Source: Callorhinchus milii (Eukaryota). Taken from it: a stretch of 50,623 bases of DNA. Each line of letters begins with the position of its first letter. The stretch's first letter is position 1. Both the position numbers and the translations under genes were made by a program. The notes under the pieces were generated by a model. That model saw only the letters and a program-made list of their open reading frames with translations, did not search any database and was not told where the DNA came from. Location of the stretch: NCBI RefSeq assembly GCF_018977255.1, contig NW_024705374.1, positions 1 to 50,623 of the forward strand, in the 5' to 3' direction. This document shows positions 22,283-35,300 of the stretch, in pieces.

Positions 22283-22512
22283 ATAGCCTGCATGGCACAC
22301 GAGGGGTGGGTGGCCAGCACCATGCCCGGCCATCTTAGTCTGCCTAGTGGCGATGTTTACACACCGGACTAGGTACTAATTTGAAGCTGAGTCGACCTAG
22401 GGAGGCCAAGCACCAGTTCATATGATCATCACTAGTGTTGGCCATGAGCGGGAATCGAACTTGGCTCGCCGGGTTTGTAGCACATCGCGCTAACCACTAA
22501 GCTACCGCCCCC
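22283..22512 (-). mobile_element. tRNA-derived SINE
   Basis: Minus strand A box TAGCTTAGTGG and B box GTTCGATTCC; body shared with several other copies in the window. Confidence 0.85.
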
Positions 22513-22949
22513 ACGCTCGAATAGGCCTACACACACGGATCCTGCAACCACTGCATCCACCCTTCCCTAGTGCACGTCACAAACCCTCGAGGGTAGTGGT
22601 AGAGGCGGTGGTGATGGTGTGATTGGTGGCAGTGATTAAAGTGTGAGCACGCTGGTGGTGACGGTGTGAGTGCAGTGGTGATGAAGGTAGTGGCGGTGTG
22701 GGGTGCAATGGAGAAGCGATTAGTGCACTGCGTTACAAACCTGGCGACTCGGGTTCGATGCCCACTAATGGTCGATACCAGTGACAATTATCTAAAGCGG
22801 TCCTGGGTCTGTTAAGGCTATAACGTGGATCTTTGTCTTTTCGTGACGGTGTGAGTGCAGTGGCAGTGATAGTGTTGAAAAGAGGGAGGGGTGTTGCGGT
22901 GATAGTGGTGGTGAAGGTGTGAGTGTGGTGGTGGTGGTGCGTGTGGTGA

Positions 22950-23215
22950 TTGGTGGTGTAGCGGTTAACACGCTGTGCTACGAACGTGGTGACACAAGTT
23001 TTCATAGCTAACAGCAGTGACAATTATCTTAACTGGTTTTGGGCCTCCCCTAGGTCGACTCAGTCTCAAATTATTACTTGGTGAAATGTGTAAACATCGC
23101 CACTAGGGAGACGTGCTGGCCACCCACCCCATGTGTGCCGTGCCGGCCTTCATAGCTGCTCGCTAACAGCACTTGCTCCTACAGTTAGTTAAGGCTACAG
23201 GGGGATTTTTGTCTT
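22950..23215 (+). mobile_element. tRNA-derived SINE (same family; partial copy also at ~22710-22822)
   Basis: Shared body GGTCGACTCAG...TGTAAACATCGCCACT...GGCCACCCACCCC...TTAAGGCTA. Confidence 0.8.
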
Positions 23216-23281
23216 TGTGGTGGTGGTGATAGTAAATGTGTGGGTATGCATGCACCTCTGTGCCATGTGACCCCCCAACAG

Positions 23282-23446
23282 AGGTGCTGCTCAAGATGCA
23301 CTCGGTGGGCATCTGCGGTTCGGACGTGCACTACTGGCAGCACGGCCGCATTGGAGACTTCGTACTTCGAGAGCCAATGGTGCTGGGCCACGAGGCGGCT
23401 GGCACCGTGTGCGCCGTGGGGGCCAGCGTCACCCACCTCGTTCCTG
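23282..23446 (+). CDS. SORD: Sorbitol dehydrogenase exon 3
   Basis: [43 protein letters not shown]: catalytic zinc ligands and the GHE motif; 165 nt with AG/GT ends. Confidence 0.95.
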
Positions 23447-24374
23447 GTCTGCGGCACGGACGCGCCCTCGCCGCGCACAGCGCACTATCGGCATGATCGC
23501 GACGCGCGCAAGACTCCTTGTGATAGAACGTTCGCGGAGCGTGTTACGTGAACGCGATACATGATGGGCATGTTTGCCTGGCCCGCGCAACTTGCAAATG
23601 GGTGACGACGTGACAAGCACGAGATTCGTTGCACACCTTGAGCAAAACACACGACGCACGCCCAATATATGGATACGCTTACGTTATGATTATATTATTC
23701 CTGCAGCGGCTTTTGGCTAACCATTGAATGAAGACGGTCACTGCATCGCACGTTTTCAGATCCGATTCTGCGGCCGTCTTGAATGCTTCCGATATTAGGA
23801 AGCCACTGGAGCTATGACCTTTTAAATCTTTGAACTACTTTTTGTGCATTAGTTGTTGTCCTTCCATGCACCTTGCATAAGCATGGTTGGCCACATACAG
23901 TACAAAAGAAGTTCAACATGCATTCGTCATGTTTACAATATACATAACATGCAGGAGTCATGCAGAGAGTAAATTAAATGCTCAAGACGTGCTCAAGATG
24001 CACACAAGACTTGTGGCGTGGGTGAAAAAAACGGGCGACGCACTCGCTGCACACAATGTGCTCACAGCTCGTGACATTTATGGAGCTCGAATGCACAACA
24101 CGCAAAAATACACGCAATACACGCAAAACACGCCAACGGTCCAGATACATTTTTTACGAAATGCTCACAATAGGCCCAGCACACGTGACACAAGATGCAT
24201 TCACAACAAGGTTGCCACACAATTGTAATGAATCATTGTCGGGGAATCATAGTTAGGCTCGGAGTTGCTGTGTGACTTGACCCTGCATCATCCATCGCCT
24301 GCTCTGAACGTCATTTGTCCACGTGTCCATCCGTGTGCGCATGTCTATGTGCACGTGTGCGTCTGTCCATGGAG

Positions 24375-24885
24375 AGCAGGATTGCGGTCGTTAGCGTACG
24401 GCACTACAAACCTGGCCACCTAAGTTTGATTACCGCTTATGGCCAACATCAGTGTTGAATATCTGCACTAGTCTTGAGCTTCCCCGAAGTCAACGGAGCT
24501 TTAAATGGGTACTTGGTGTGGTATGTAAACATCAACACTCGGGAGGCAAAAACGGCTGTGCGTGGTACTGGCCACCCACCCCTTCATGGGAGCGGTAGTG
24601 TAGTTGTTAGCATGCTACGAACCCGGCAACCCGAGTTCGATTCCCCTTCATGGCAAACATCAGTGAGGATTATTTGAACTGGTCCTGGGCCTCTCCTAAG
24701 TTGACTCGGTTTCAATTGAGTACCTGGTGCGATGTGTAAACATCGTCACTCGGGAGACAAAGGCGGACGGGTGTGGTACTGGCCACCCACCCCCTCGTGT
24801 GCCGTGCTGGCCTTCATAGGTGCTCGCTCATAGCACTTGCCCCAAAAAGTCTGTTAAGGCTATACAGGGGATCGTTGCCTTTGTC
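24375..24885 (+). mobile_element. Two tandem tRNA-derived SINE copies
   Basis: Heads at ~24380 and ~24590 (B box GTTCGATTCC at ~24635) and shared bodies. Confidence 0.8.
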
Positions 24886-24899
24886 GCACTTGTGCCCAG

Positions 24900-25059
24900 G
24901 GGACCGGGTGGCCATTGAGCCCGGCGTGCCGCGCGAGAACGATGAATTCTGCAAAAACGGTCGCTACAACCTCTCCCCCAGCATCTTCTTCTGCGCGACG
25001 CCTCCCGACCACGGCAGCCTGTGTCGCTACTACACACACAGTGCCAGCTTCTGCTACAA
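24900..25059 (+). CDS. SORD: Sorbitol dehydrogenase exon 4
   Basis: [54 protein letters not shown]; 160 nt, CAG / GTGAGC. Confidence 0.96.
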
Positions 25060-25783
25060 GTGAGCGCCGCCAGTGTTCAGTAGACTCGGAGTCGTTCACC
25101 CCACGCCCCCCCGCCGCCTTCCCAGTGCTCCAATGATTGTTATAATTATGGCCAGTGGTTCGATTTGAAATATACAGACTTTTTTTCTGGTGTCGTTTTG
25201 ACCGTCTTGTTTGTACGGTTTTGTTCAATGCGTTGGGACTACATTCTACATCAGTTCATAATTTCAATGAATAATTTGAATGAACCTTGAATAATTCAAT
25301 GCAGCCTGCACAATTTGCATCGCAGTGGCGAGGGTTAATATATATTGTCATCAATATATGGATCCATATGTGCCTATTGTTCATCTTACCATGTGCGATG
25401 CCAACTTCTCTTCCACTTAGGTCACCACAAACATTTTCTGCTGGAGTCATTAGGAATATCCACCACTGACTCAAAACTGGAAAAGCAGAGCATTTTCCCA
25501 TGCTGCTTAGAACAAGGGAACACTTGGGATTGTATTGTGCTGGTTGGAACTGTTATGTGTCACTGTTTCTTTGAGCTTATATCACAGCACACTGCGACAC
25601 TGCAGAACATCTAATGTGACCTTGCATGAAGAGGCTTGAGAATGAATGCACCTCGCAGAGAGACGGAGACAGAAGGAGAGAGAAGTCCTGTGCCTGGACT
25701 AGAATACGGAGGAGGGTGGTTGGCGGAGAGGTGTGGGGGCTTTCACCAGTAACCATGGTGATGGCGGTGCTGGTCCGGTGCAG

Positions 25784-25902
25784 GCTTCCCGACAACATGA
25801 GCTATGAGGAGGGGGCCCTCATTGAGCCGCTCTCCGTGGGTATCCACGCGTGCCGCCGCGCCGGCGTCTCACTGGGCAGCTATGTCTTCATCTGCGGGGC
25901 AG
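25784..25902 (+). CDS. SORD: Sorbitol dehydrogenase exon 5
   Basis: [39 protein letters not shown]; 119 nt, CAG / GTGGGC. Confidence 0.95.
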
Positions 25903-26230
25903 GTGGGCTACCCCTTACCACCTGACCGCACTTCACCTGGTATCACCTGACCTGCTTACTACTCTCCTGGTGACTGGTTGCTCATCTCCTGACCATGCCT
26001 CATCTGGACAATAACTTCCCCTGGTCTCATCTGGTTACTACTCACCTGGTTTCTTACCTTACTTGACCACACCTCATCTGGTTACGCACCTAACCTTATC
26101 ACACCTCACCTGACTTGCACGAACTCACCTCACGCAGTCTGAATGAGGGTACTGTGGAATCAGTATTATTTATTCGAAACATTGTGGAGACGTGGGGAGC
26201 GATGTCACCTCTTTGATCCACCTCCCTCAG

Positions 26231-26296
26231 GTCCCATTGGGCTCGTGTGCCTCCTCGTGGCCAAAGCGATGGGGGCGGCAAAGGTGGTCATCACAG
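26231..26296 (+). CDS. SORD: Sorbitol dehydrogenase exon 6
   Basis: GPIGLVCLLVAKAMGAAKVVIT completes the GxGxxG NAD-binding motif; 66 nt, CAG / GTACAT. Confidence 0.95.
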
Positions 26297-26304
26297 GTAC
26301 ATAG

Positions 26305-26475
26305 CTTCCATCATAATCGTAATAGCCACCATCATCACTTTGACCATCATCATGCTTTCCACTGTCATAATTGTCATCTTCATCACTATCATTGTCATCA
26401 CTCCTTACCATCATAGCAATCACCATCATAAACAGTCATCAATTATCACTACGACTATCATCGTCACCACCACAG
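26305..26475. repeat. (CAT/CAC)n low-complexity tract
   Basis: Degenerate trinucleotide repeat in SORD intron 6. Confidence 0.8.
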
Positions 26476-26620
26476 GTATTATGTAACGATCCACACGGCA
26501 GCCTGTGGCCTCCCCGAAAGGGCTTTACCGCAGTTTGCGATCCGCTGCGTTGAGAGGCTCGTGCGTACGTATGTTGAACTTCTTTGGCACGTATGTGGGT
26601 AACCACTCTCATTTTTGCAG

Positions 26621-26822
26621 ACCTGTCGAGCGAGCGTCTGGCGAAGGCGCGGGAGCTGGGCGCCGACTTCGTCCTCCTGTCGGGGGCGGCAGCGAGGCCG
26701 AGGCCTCCTTGGGCGGCCCGCAGGACATGGCGCATCGCGTCGCCGAGTGCCTAGGCGGCGCGCCACCTGAGATCTCCATCGAGTGCACGGGCGCTGAGGC
26801 GTGCGTGCAGGCCAGCATCTAC
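26621..26822 (+). CDS. SORD: Sorbitol dehydrogenase exon 7 (1-bp frameshift as assembled)
   Basis: DLSSERLAKARELGADFVLL then, one base shifted at the G5 run 26682-26686, PQDMAHRVAECLGGAPPEISIECTGAEACVQASIY; CAG / GTGAGT. Confidence 0.9.
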
Positions 26823-27064
26823 GTGAGTTGACCCGCACGTCCGCTGTGATCAACCTGGAGGTAACCTGTACGAGCCGATTAGCACTGCAGGGAATTTAAT
26901 ATATAATTTTTTATTTAACTACGAGTTAAATTCAGAATATTTTTTATTGCTCATGTGGTAGTGTTGTTTTTTTCTTTTGATTTATATTTTGTTGCTGTAC
27001 TTTAATGATTTGGTTCGCTTGTCATTTTGGTCACCCAAGTAACTTTTTCAAATAAGACTATCCA

Positions 27065-29339
27065 GGCGCCAACGGCCCGCAAATCATCCCTCCACACAAG
27101 CAATCTGTCCGGAGAGCCGCCCCAGGCACCCCATCCGACGACGGGCACCCCTTAGACTTGCTCGCCTGACCCGCAAAGCTGCAAGCGAATCATTCAACAA
27201 CTGTTCGCGGACGCAAACGGAACGCGGCAAGTTTAAAACCCAATCAGCCGGCTCAGGACAGGTCGAGTCCGTGGACTTATCCACCGCGGACATGACAGGT
27301 CGAAGTAGCTGAGGGGGCCGCGTGCACCGATTTGTGCCCGAGGCACATGCGCAGGCGGTACCATGCGGCAGTCGAGAGAGCGCGTCCGCATTACCGTGAC
27401 GAGAACCCTTACAGTACTGAATGTCAAACGAGAACTCCTGTAAAGTTTCCAACCATCGCGACAGCTGGCCCGAGGGCTGGTCGACTTTCAAAGAGTATTG
27501 CAAGGCCGTATGGTCCGTGCGCACAATGAACTTACTGCCGTATAGGTAAGGCCGATATTGGCGAACAAAATGGACGATAGCCAATAATTCTCGACGGGTG
27601 ACGCAATAGCAGGATTCCGCCGAAGAGAGAACGCGGCTCCCATATTCTACAAGACGTTCGACGCCGCCCTTACACTGAGATAGGACAGCACCAATGCCCG
27701 TATCACTGGCGTCCGTATCCAAAATAAAGGGCAAAGAAAAATCAGGGTAATCCAGCATCGGTGCTGACGCCAATCGATCGCGTAGGCCGCGAAACGCCTT
27801 CTCCTCCTCCGGGCCCTATTTGAACCTCTGATTTTTCGCCGTGAGGAGGTGCAGCGGCCGAGCGATCGAAGCAAAATTTGGCACAAATTGGCGGTAATAG
27901 GATGCAAAGCCAACAAATCGACGTATGTCCCCGACCGATGTAGGAGTCAGCCAATCCCGAACGCATGCCATTTTGTGCGGGTCCATGGCCACTCCGTCCG
28001 GGCTGACAATGTGACCCAAATAGCGCACGGAATGTTGCAAGAGGTGGCACTTTTTGGGCTTAAGTTTCAAATTTGCGGAACACATCCTAGCAAAAACGGC
28101 CTCCAATCGCTGAAGGTGTTCCTCGAACGTGCGGCTGAACACAATGACGTTGTCCAAATATATCAGGTACGTGTCCCACTGGAGCCCGGTCAACACCAGT
28201 TCCATCAACCGTTGGAACGTAGCGGGAGCGGCGTTCAATCCCATGGGGAGACAATTAAACTGAAAGAGCCCTTGAGGCCTACGGAAAGCCGTCTTTTCCC
28301 TCGACGACTCGTCAAGGGGGAGCTGCCAGAACCCGGAAGAAAGATCGAGGGTCGAAAAAAATCTCGCCCCAGACAAGGCATCGAGGGAATCATCCATACG
28401 CAGCAGGGGTACGTGTCCGCCACGGATACCTTATTCAGCCTCTGGAAATCAACACAAGAACAACCAGAGCACCCCATGGGCTATTGGACGGAGAGATGAT
28501 GTCAGCGGCCAGCATGTCGTCCACCGCACCGTGAACATGATCCCTCTCCGAGGGGCTTAACCGGTGCGGATTCATACGTATGGGGTTAGCTACCCCGGTA
28601 TCAATGTGATGGGAAAGCAGCGAGGTGCGCACCAGGTCGAAATTATTTTTGCTAAACACATCGGAATATTTGGACAACAGCGTGCGGAGCGCGGACTTCT
28701 GGTGTGTAGTCAGGGATGGGTTCTCCTGACACAACTCGGCGATCCATCGATCGTCCGACGATCATGAAGCTGTAACCCCCGCTGCCAGACCTTGCCGACC
28801 AGCCTCAACATGGGCCGTGAACGCGGTAGTAGCATGGGCCAAAACCGTGCCGGCCGCCACCAAGACATTTTATGCACCCCCGTTCAGAACTTGTAAAAAC
28901 GGAGGTTGACCCGGCCGAACAATTGTCTGAGCTGCAACCAGCACTAGGCCGCCAGTAGCGGTGTTGGACGGCGACAGCAGCACCCCCGCCGCCCCGTCAA
29001 CACCAGGCACGGGCTTACGATAGCGCAGGGGAACGAGCATTTGCGATCCCGGAGGAATATCAACAGAGACGTCGGCCAGCGCCAGCACCGGAAGGTCCGG
29101 GACGGAACGGGCCCATGGTGACGGCAAAAAGAAAACCTTACGTCCTGCCGGCAACTCAATGCACCCGGTACCCAGTAGGCAAGGCACAGCGAGGGACCTG
29201 GAAATCAATACCGTCCCCAAAGTTGATACGTTCCCAATGGAAATGTGCGCTTCAACCTGGCCCACAATGCCCATACTACCCCCATTAGCAGCAATACATG
29301 CATCGAACACCGGACGTACCCGCGACGCAGGAATGGACA
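27065..29339 (-). mobile_element. Second Gypsy pol fragment (protease-RT-RNase H), degenerate, cut by the assembly gap
   Basis: FSTLDLSSGFWQ, YLDNVIVFS, ILDTDASDTGIGAVLSQ, VRTDHTAL; closely related to 9225-15821. Confidence 0.9.
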
Positions 29340-29369
29340 NNNNNNNNNNNNNNNNNNNNNNNNNNNNNN
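29340..29369. other. Assembly gap (N run)
   Basis: 30 N characters. Confidence 0.99.
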
Positions 29370-32300
29370 GTTTCCGATGCCCGGTCGTAAACGAGGGGAC
29401 TAGTGGAGGACATAGCTTTATTTGCGCGGATCTTTAGAATACCGTCCATTGTAGAGTGCCAAAAGTTCCTAGCGACTCCTATGAACCACCTAAAGTAAAG
29501 TTCTTTGTTGCGTGCACGGAGGGGGTGTGGGGTCACCACCCCTCATCAAGTAATATGGCACTGCAGACAGTTGGCCTCACTTGAAATGACTACCGATGGA
29601 ATACATGAACGTGCATCGAACCGCTTACCCCATCACAGTAGCCCGTCACTACGAGAACAGCAGCATATCGGTATGGATGGCTAGCCTCACGTTAATAGCA
29701 GTCCCCCCGTATTTCGAGTCACGAGATCCCGAGTAAATAGGTATATTGTGTCGCCTGAAGCGCGACCTCAGAATAGGAGGTTAGAAGATCAGTAAATCTC
29801 CACCGAGATATTATCAAACGGTGGTGAACTGTAATATGTGTGTCCACACATGAGTATTACGACGCGGACTAACTCATGTGCAATTGTAGTCAACTCCGGT
29901 TATCCTTCGAGGCCAAATCGTCTCCATACGGAAAGTGTCAACGTGAGTAGGGATGACATTGGACGAGATCTGTTGCTGTCCTCCAAGATCTAATCAAGAA
30001 ACGAATCCGCTCGCAATGGCTGAGACATCTGCACGCCGTGTAAGTTCGCAAGGGCAGCGCAGAGACCGGGGACCACAAGCTGTTATACTGGCGAACGCCT
30101 GTGGCCTGCATGCGCTCCATACGCCTCTTCCGACATGTGTTATGGATCATTTCTATATCCAGCTCAGCGGAACACATTAATTATGAGGCCAATTTCTAAA
30201 AAGGATGAAGATTGGGCTTAGTCATAAGCCTCGATTCTATATTTGTAAAAGGTGAGCTCTGTCAGGGCCGGAGAAACCGCCAAGCATACCCTTGGAGATC
30301 CCGGATAGACTGATCCCTTGTTCGTTCATTTGGAAACTTTGCGCAACTGGTCTACCCAGGGTTCATAATCATCCCCACGCTCGTCATTTTCTTGGCGGGT
30401 CTGTCTTACTACTGATCTGAACCCGCATCTTAGCTCCCGCGTTTATTTCGGAGCGCTAATCTCAATCGTGGTTCCGCAGCACGATCAGTATATAGCCTAA
30501 CAATGGTTAGGATTGCACCTGCGGCTGGGCTAGGTGTAGGCAATGCGCATAGTTAAGTCCGAGGTCGGTCAATGGGTGGCATGGTTGTGACAACCAGCCG
30601 AACACTTAGTAGAGACCGGGATTTTTGCCATAGCGGCGTTGCAGGCACTTCCGAGCTGGAGCCAGCTCAACTACAGTGTAGAATTCCCGGTCTGCCTCGT
30701 TCCGAACTGGCGGTCAACCAAGTGTGTTAAAAGAGTGCGTAAGTACACACTACCATAGAGGATGGCTTGTGCGTGGCATGCTGGTAGAGCAAAATGCGGT
30801 ATACCGAGGAATTCCACATACCTCCTTTTCTAGTGACGTAACGCATAGGCTATTGGCGAGGTCAATCTGTTCATATGTTCTGGACAATGCGGCGGTTTTG
30901 CTATTTTCGATAGCATTACCGTTGCTATGCTGGTTTCTGTGTCCGGCTGACGGCAGTGAGGGAAACCCTGCGTTGCCGCACCGGACTGCTATGCCGGTGG
31001 GGAGGCACGTTCCGGACGGACTCATGGATGCACCATAGGGACACTCACCAGGCTTTTCTTCATGCGGAAGCGCATGTTTTGACCTAGAGTGGTCTTGGGC
31101 AGATGCTGATCGCGTCAATGCACAATGAGTATGATTTGGACTTGGGCCGTCTGAAGAGCGGAGTTCTGTGCTACCCGCACAATTGACTTCAATACAAACA
31201 CGAAGTGACGTCGTGACTTGAAGTAGCACGCGCAATCGGCAGGATCCCCTGCTGGCTATGAGTAAGTGTTCTCAAGCGAGTCAATGATTCTGATAAGGAG
31301 GATCTCGGAAGTCCACGGGGGGTAGCCATCAGACGGGTCGATTTTGCTTGGGAGCCTCGGAAGGACACGGCCAAACTTTGCGAAACAGCTATAGGTTGGT
31401 GGAAACGTTAGTTACTTCCCCCAACCCGTAGGAGTAGTTGTTCGTACTAATGGGTTTGAGTTCCTTCCAGAAATGGCGCGAATGCATAGGCCTACGTTAC
31501 CGAACAATCACACAATAACTGTCTGCTAAACATGTGTGCGGATGTATACACGGACAACCTATAAGCAAACACCTGCTTGCTCAGCTACGCCTGCCATCGG
31601 GACCACAGTGCGACGCGGTAAAAAAAGCCTCGTCGTTGCTCACTTGACCCGTCTTGAGAGAAAAAGTCAAGGCATCTGTACACGTCTGACTTTTGCGCGG
31701 TCCGTCTTGTGTGCGATTCATGCGTCAACTGTTTAAATGGCTCAAACCGATGAACTAGTTATATAAACGTACTCAGTTTAGGTAATCACGGTCGCGGGCT
31801 CATGTTAGATCGAGTTAAACAGAAGGCGGTTTCGACCGAGGTTGTTGTGCCGAGTCTTACAATTGGAGCCATTTTAAGTGATAACCATTTCACGGGGCCA
31901 CCTAGTTTCGTAGATTGGAGAGTAGACATGAATTGGTACTTGCCGACACAGAAAAAGCCGGGTAGGTGTATTCGCTTGGTGTGTGTGCTCCCAAGTTCTA
32001 GCACCTTAGTCAAAAGTATCACTCCATAGCTGGCAAAAGTGGGGGGCGGGGCTCTCTCGTCAGCGGAGAAAAATCCGTAACCATTTTCGGTTCAGAAATA
32101 ACGTCGCTCAGTTCTGGGCCCTGTAACAGACTACTGTTCTAGATTTAGGGTTTGTATGTTCGCAAAATGTGAGTGATAACGAGCCCTTAAGCGAATGTAT
32201 TAGCCCTCCAACGTTCTCTACTACAGCGACCCTTAGGGGTGTAATGCCACCGTTGTGAGACTCAGGCAGAGCGACTACCTAGCTGTCTGAGCGGTATCTT

Positions 32301-35300
32301 AACACTATCACACCTCGTTCGGAGAAAAGGTACTCTTACATTGATTCTTCACGGGTCCCAGGGACGGATATTGGCCTATTCGAGATGTTCGCTTTGCGTG
32401 TTCTAGACTTACGAAATGTCCTTACTCATTTGGGGGTATAATCATGGCCACAAGAGTTTTCTTGTTTTCGTTGTCTTGTTCCGGCTATCGACTGGAAAGA
32501 GCGTCAGCGCGTTAAATGCAGCATGAGGCCTGACCAGCGGCTAAATAACATCTTAAGTCGATTGACGAACGATGACTAATGATGGCAGCTGGGATTAGGC
32601 TGGTCCTTGACACGACTAAACTTCGCTTAAAACACACAGTCGTGCGATTCCTAAGTGTTACACGAGTACACATCCTCGCGGAATTATGGCATTTCTTTGT
32701 GTACAAGCGCCCCAGCTTAATAGAGCATTTTACTAATTGGTCGTTAATCGCTATCGACCTTGCCCGATGTTTTGAGCTCAGCTGACATACAACTTACGCA
32801 GTGGGAAAATTGCGTGTGAGTGGGAAGTAGAGGATCGGATTAACGCTTCTGGAGGACCTGTAGAAGCCCCTTCGAACTTACAGCTGCTGAACCCCTAGAC
32901 CAGCGCCGTTATCACGTGAAACTGAAGGATACTAAGACATTCCTGCACCTTCTGGAGTGCCATCGCGGGGCAGATGTCGGGCGCACCCTAAATATAAATT
33001 CAAATCGAGGGGACACGCACCTATAAACATCAGCTGCTACAAAGTCTGGAATTTTCATAGCGTTTGGGGCGCTCACAACTCTACGCATAGACAAATCCTA
33101 TTCCTCTCGGCTGACTCATCAAAATTCGTAGATTGGGCTTTCTATCAGGCTGCGGCACCCCGAATTGGTTACCCTCGCACAATTATACCATTGACCGTTT
33201 GGCCAGTAAAGGGTTAGACGACATCCGCAAAAGGGTGTATCGAAAAAGCTAGATGTTTAGCCGAAGGTCAGATACCCATGCATTCATTCGTACGAGCCTG
33301 AGACTTGCGTATGTTTCTCAAATCTGTGCACCGAGGTCAAATCGGATCACGGGTCGACGAATCCCGTCAAAGCGCCCGGGGTCCGTGTCTTTGACTGCGT
33401 GCTAAAGCGTTTAGAAATCGTTTAACGAAAGTTGGCACGGTTTTCATTTGAAATTCTCGCTATTTAGGGGTGGCCGTTTTACGTCCGCGAAGAATGGAAG
33501 ACTAGCTAAGCAGGAGGACATACAACAGAGTATCTCCTCTATCGTTTCCACTCTATTCTTGTCAATATGATAGGTTAGTATAATAAAAGCGGAATCCAAA
33601 TTCTATCTACGATTACGTATCTTGCAGAGCGTCCGGGAGTAACACACGCGTAAATTCGTAACGTCGCTACTAGGTTCAAGCAAATGAGGATCATGAAACA
33701 CCGCTGATCAGTTGAGAGTGGCACACTTCTACGGCTATTCTCTATTAATTCAGGATTTATTAAAACGGTCAAGTAATGCCAGAAGTAAGTTCCCACGCGG
33801 TCGATCTATTTTATCAGCGGCTCCTGTAACCGGGGACGCGCACAGTAGACAAACCGTTAGACTCGGAGGCAAACCTTCTTTGGGACGCGGACGAGATGCA
33901 AACGCGAGTACAGACCGGTCGCAAAGGGCTGAGGCATGAAGGAACCCGCCTTCTGAACCGCCGTCAACTTAGACTGGTCCTGCATTACCAATCACTGTTA
34001 CTCAATGCAGGACGATGGGACGTATCCACATAGCTAATAACGTAGCAGTTCTGGTCCCAACTCAGCTTGGGCAACTAATTGGTATGAGTTACATATTATA
34101 ATAGCCGATCATTGGTCTAGGTATTGTGGCTCCTTGGAGCTAAACTTCGTAACCGACTTCGCACGCTGCATTGTAGTCATTACTAGGGCACTCAGCGTAA
34201 TCTGTGATCACTAAGGGTATAGTAACATGAGGAGTTCCAGCGCAAGTGTGCCGGTAAACGATTACTTGATTTTTACCAATTAGAACAGTGCAGGTGTGCC
34301 AAATCGCAGGTCTGAACTCGGATACATACAAACAACCGGCGAAAATCAACTCTAGCTTGACCCTAACAACAATATTCGGCTCGGCCCAGTTCGTAACGTG
34401 AAAGGTATGTAGTAAACAAGATCTTCGTAGCCTGTTGTCCAGAAGGCGCGGCGGCATGCGCCATCGGTCCTGCTACTTCGTTCAAATAACTGGCTAGCCC
34501 TCCGAGGTTTTGCTCCCAGTGGTACTGAGTCGAACCTATGCACAAGAGTAGGCAGTTATATAAAGTAGGCAATAGCCGAAAAGTGAGGGCTATTACGGCG
34601 CCCGACGAGCCACGGTAATTAGCTTGTACTCCGTAATTCGGAGCAAAAACCTGCGACGCCACTCGTCCGGTAATCTTTAAATTCACAAGGTGTTTTCCGG
34701 ATGGAACTTACGCGTGAAGTTAATTCCTAGCAATGAACTTAGATGGATACTTACCGTGGAGTGCCTCCCGATTTACGGGAATTTCGCCCCAGCACGCGAG
34801 CGGTCTATTGCTGTTAAGTTCCAAGAGCTGTTTAGGGTATGGGACTAGAGGTAGTGATTGATATGATACCACCTCAAAACTTGACCTCCGGGGGTTGATG
34901 TGAAAGGACCGTCAACAAGACGCTAGGATGTAAGTAGTGCCCGAGACAATCACTTAAGAAGATAACCGCGCGAAGCGACCTAGCGAGCGGATTCCTCCGA
35001 ACTAAGGGTACGAGGATTGGGAGGGTATACCCATCGCGAAAAAACACGAAAATAACAGCCCAGGATTGCGAGCAAAGAGTCTGACTTAACGCAGGCCATC
35101 GCTCCACATTGCGGTGGTGAAGATGCTCGGCGTTCTAGCGAGGTAGAGCTCAGAGGTTCTCCCAGAATATATCCCCATTCATGCGATGGCAGTGTCCAAC
35201 GGGCGTAAGAACACCTGGGACACCTATTGTTGATCATTGGGCGCCCTATTTGGCGGAATAATGTATTAGATATTGTGCACCCCTTGACAATGAGCCTGAC

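Noticed and set aside
22440..22512. tRNA gene
   Set aside because: The A and B boxes belong to a SINE head that continues into a repeated body; no full cloverleaf.
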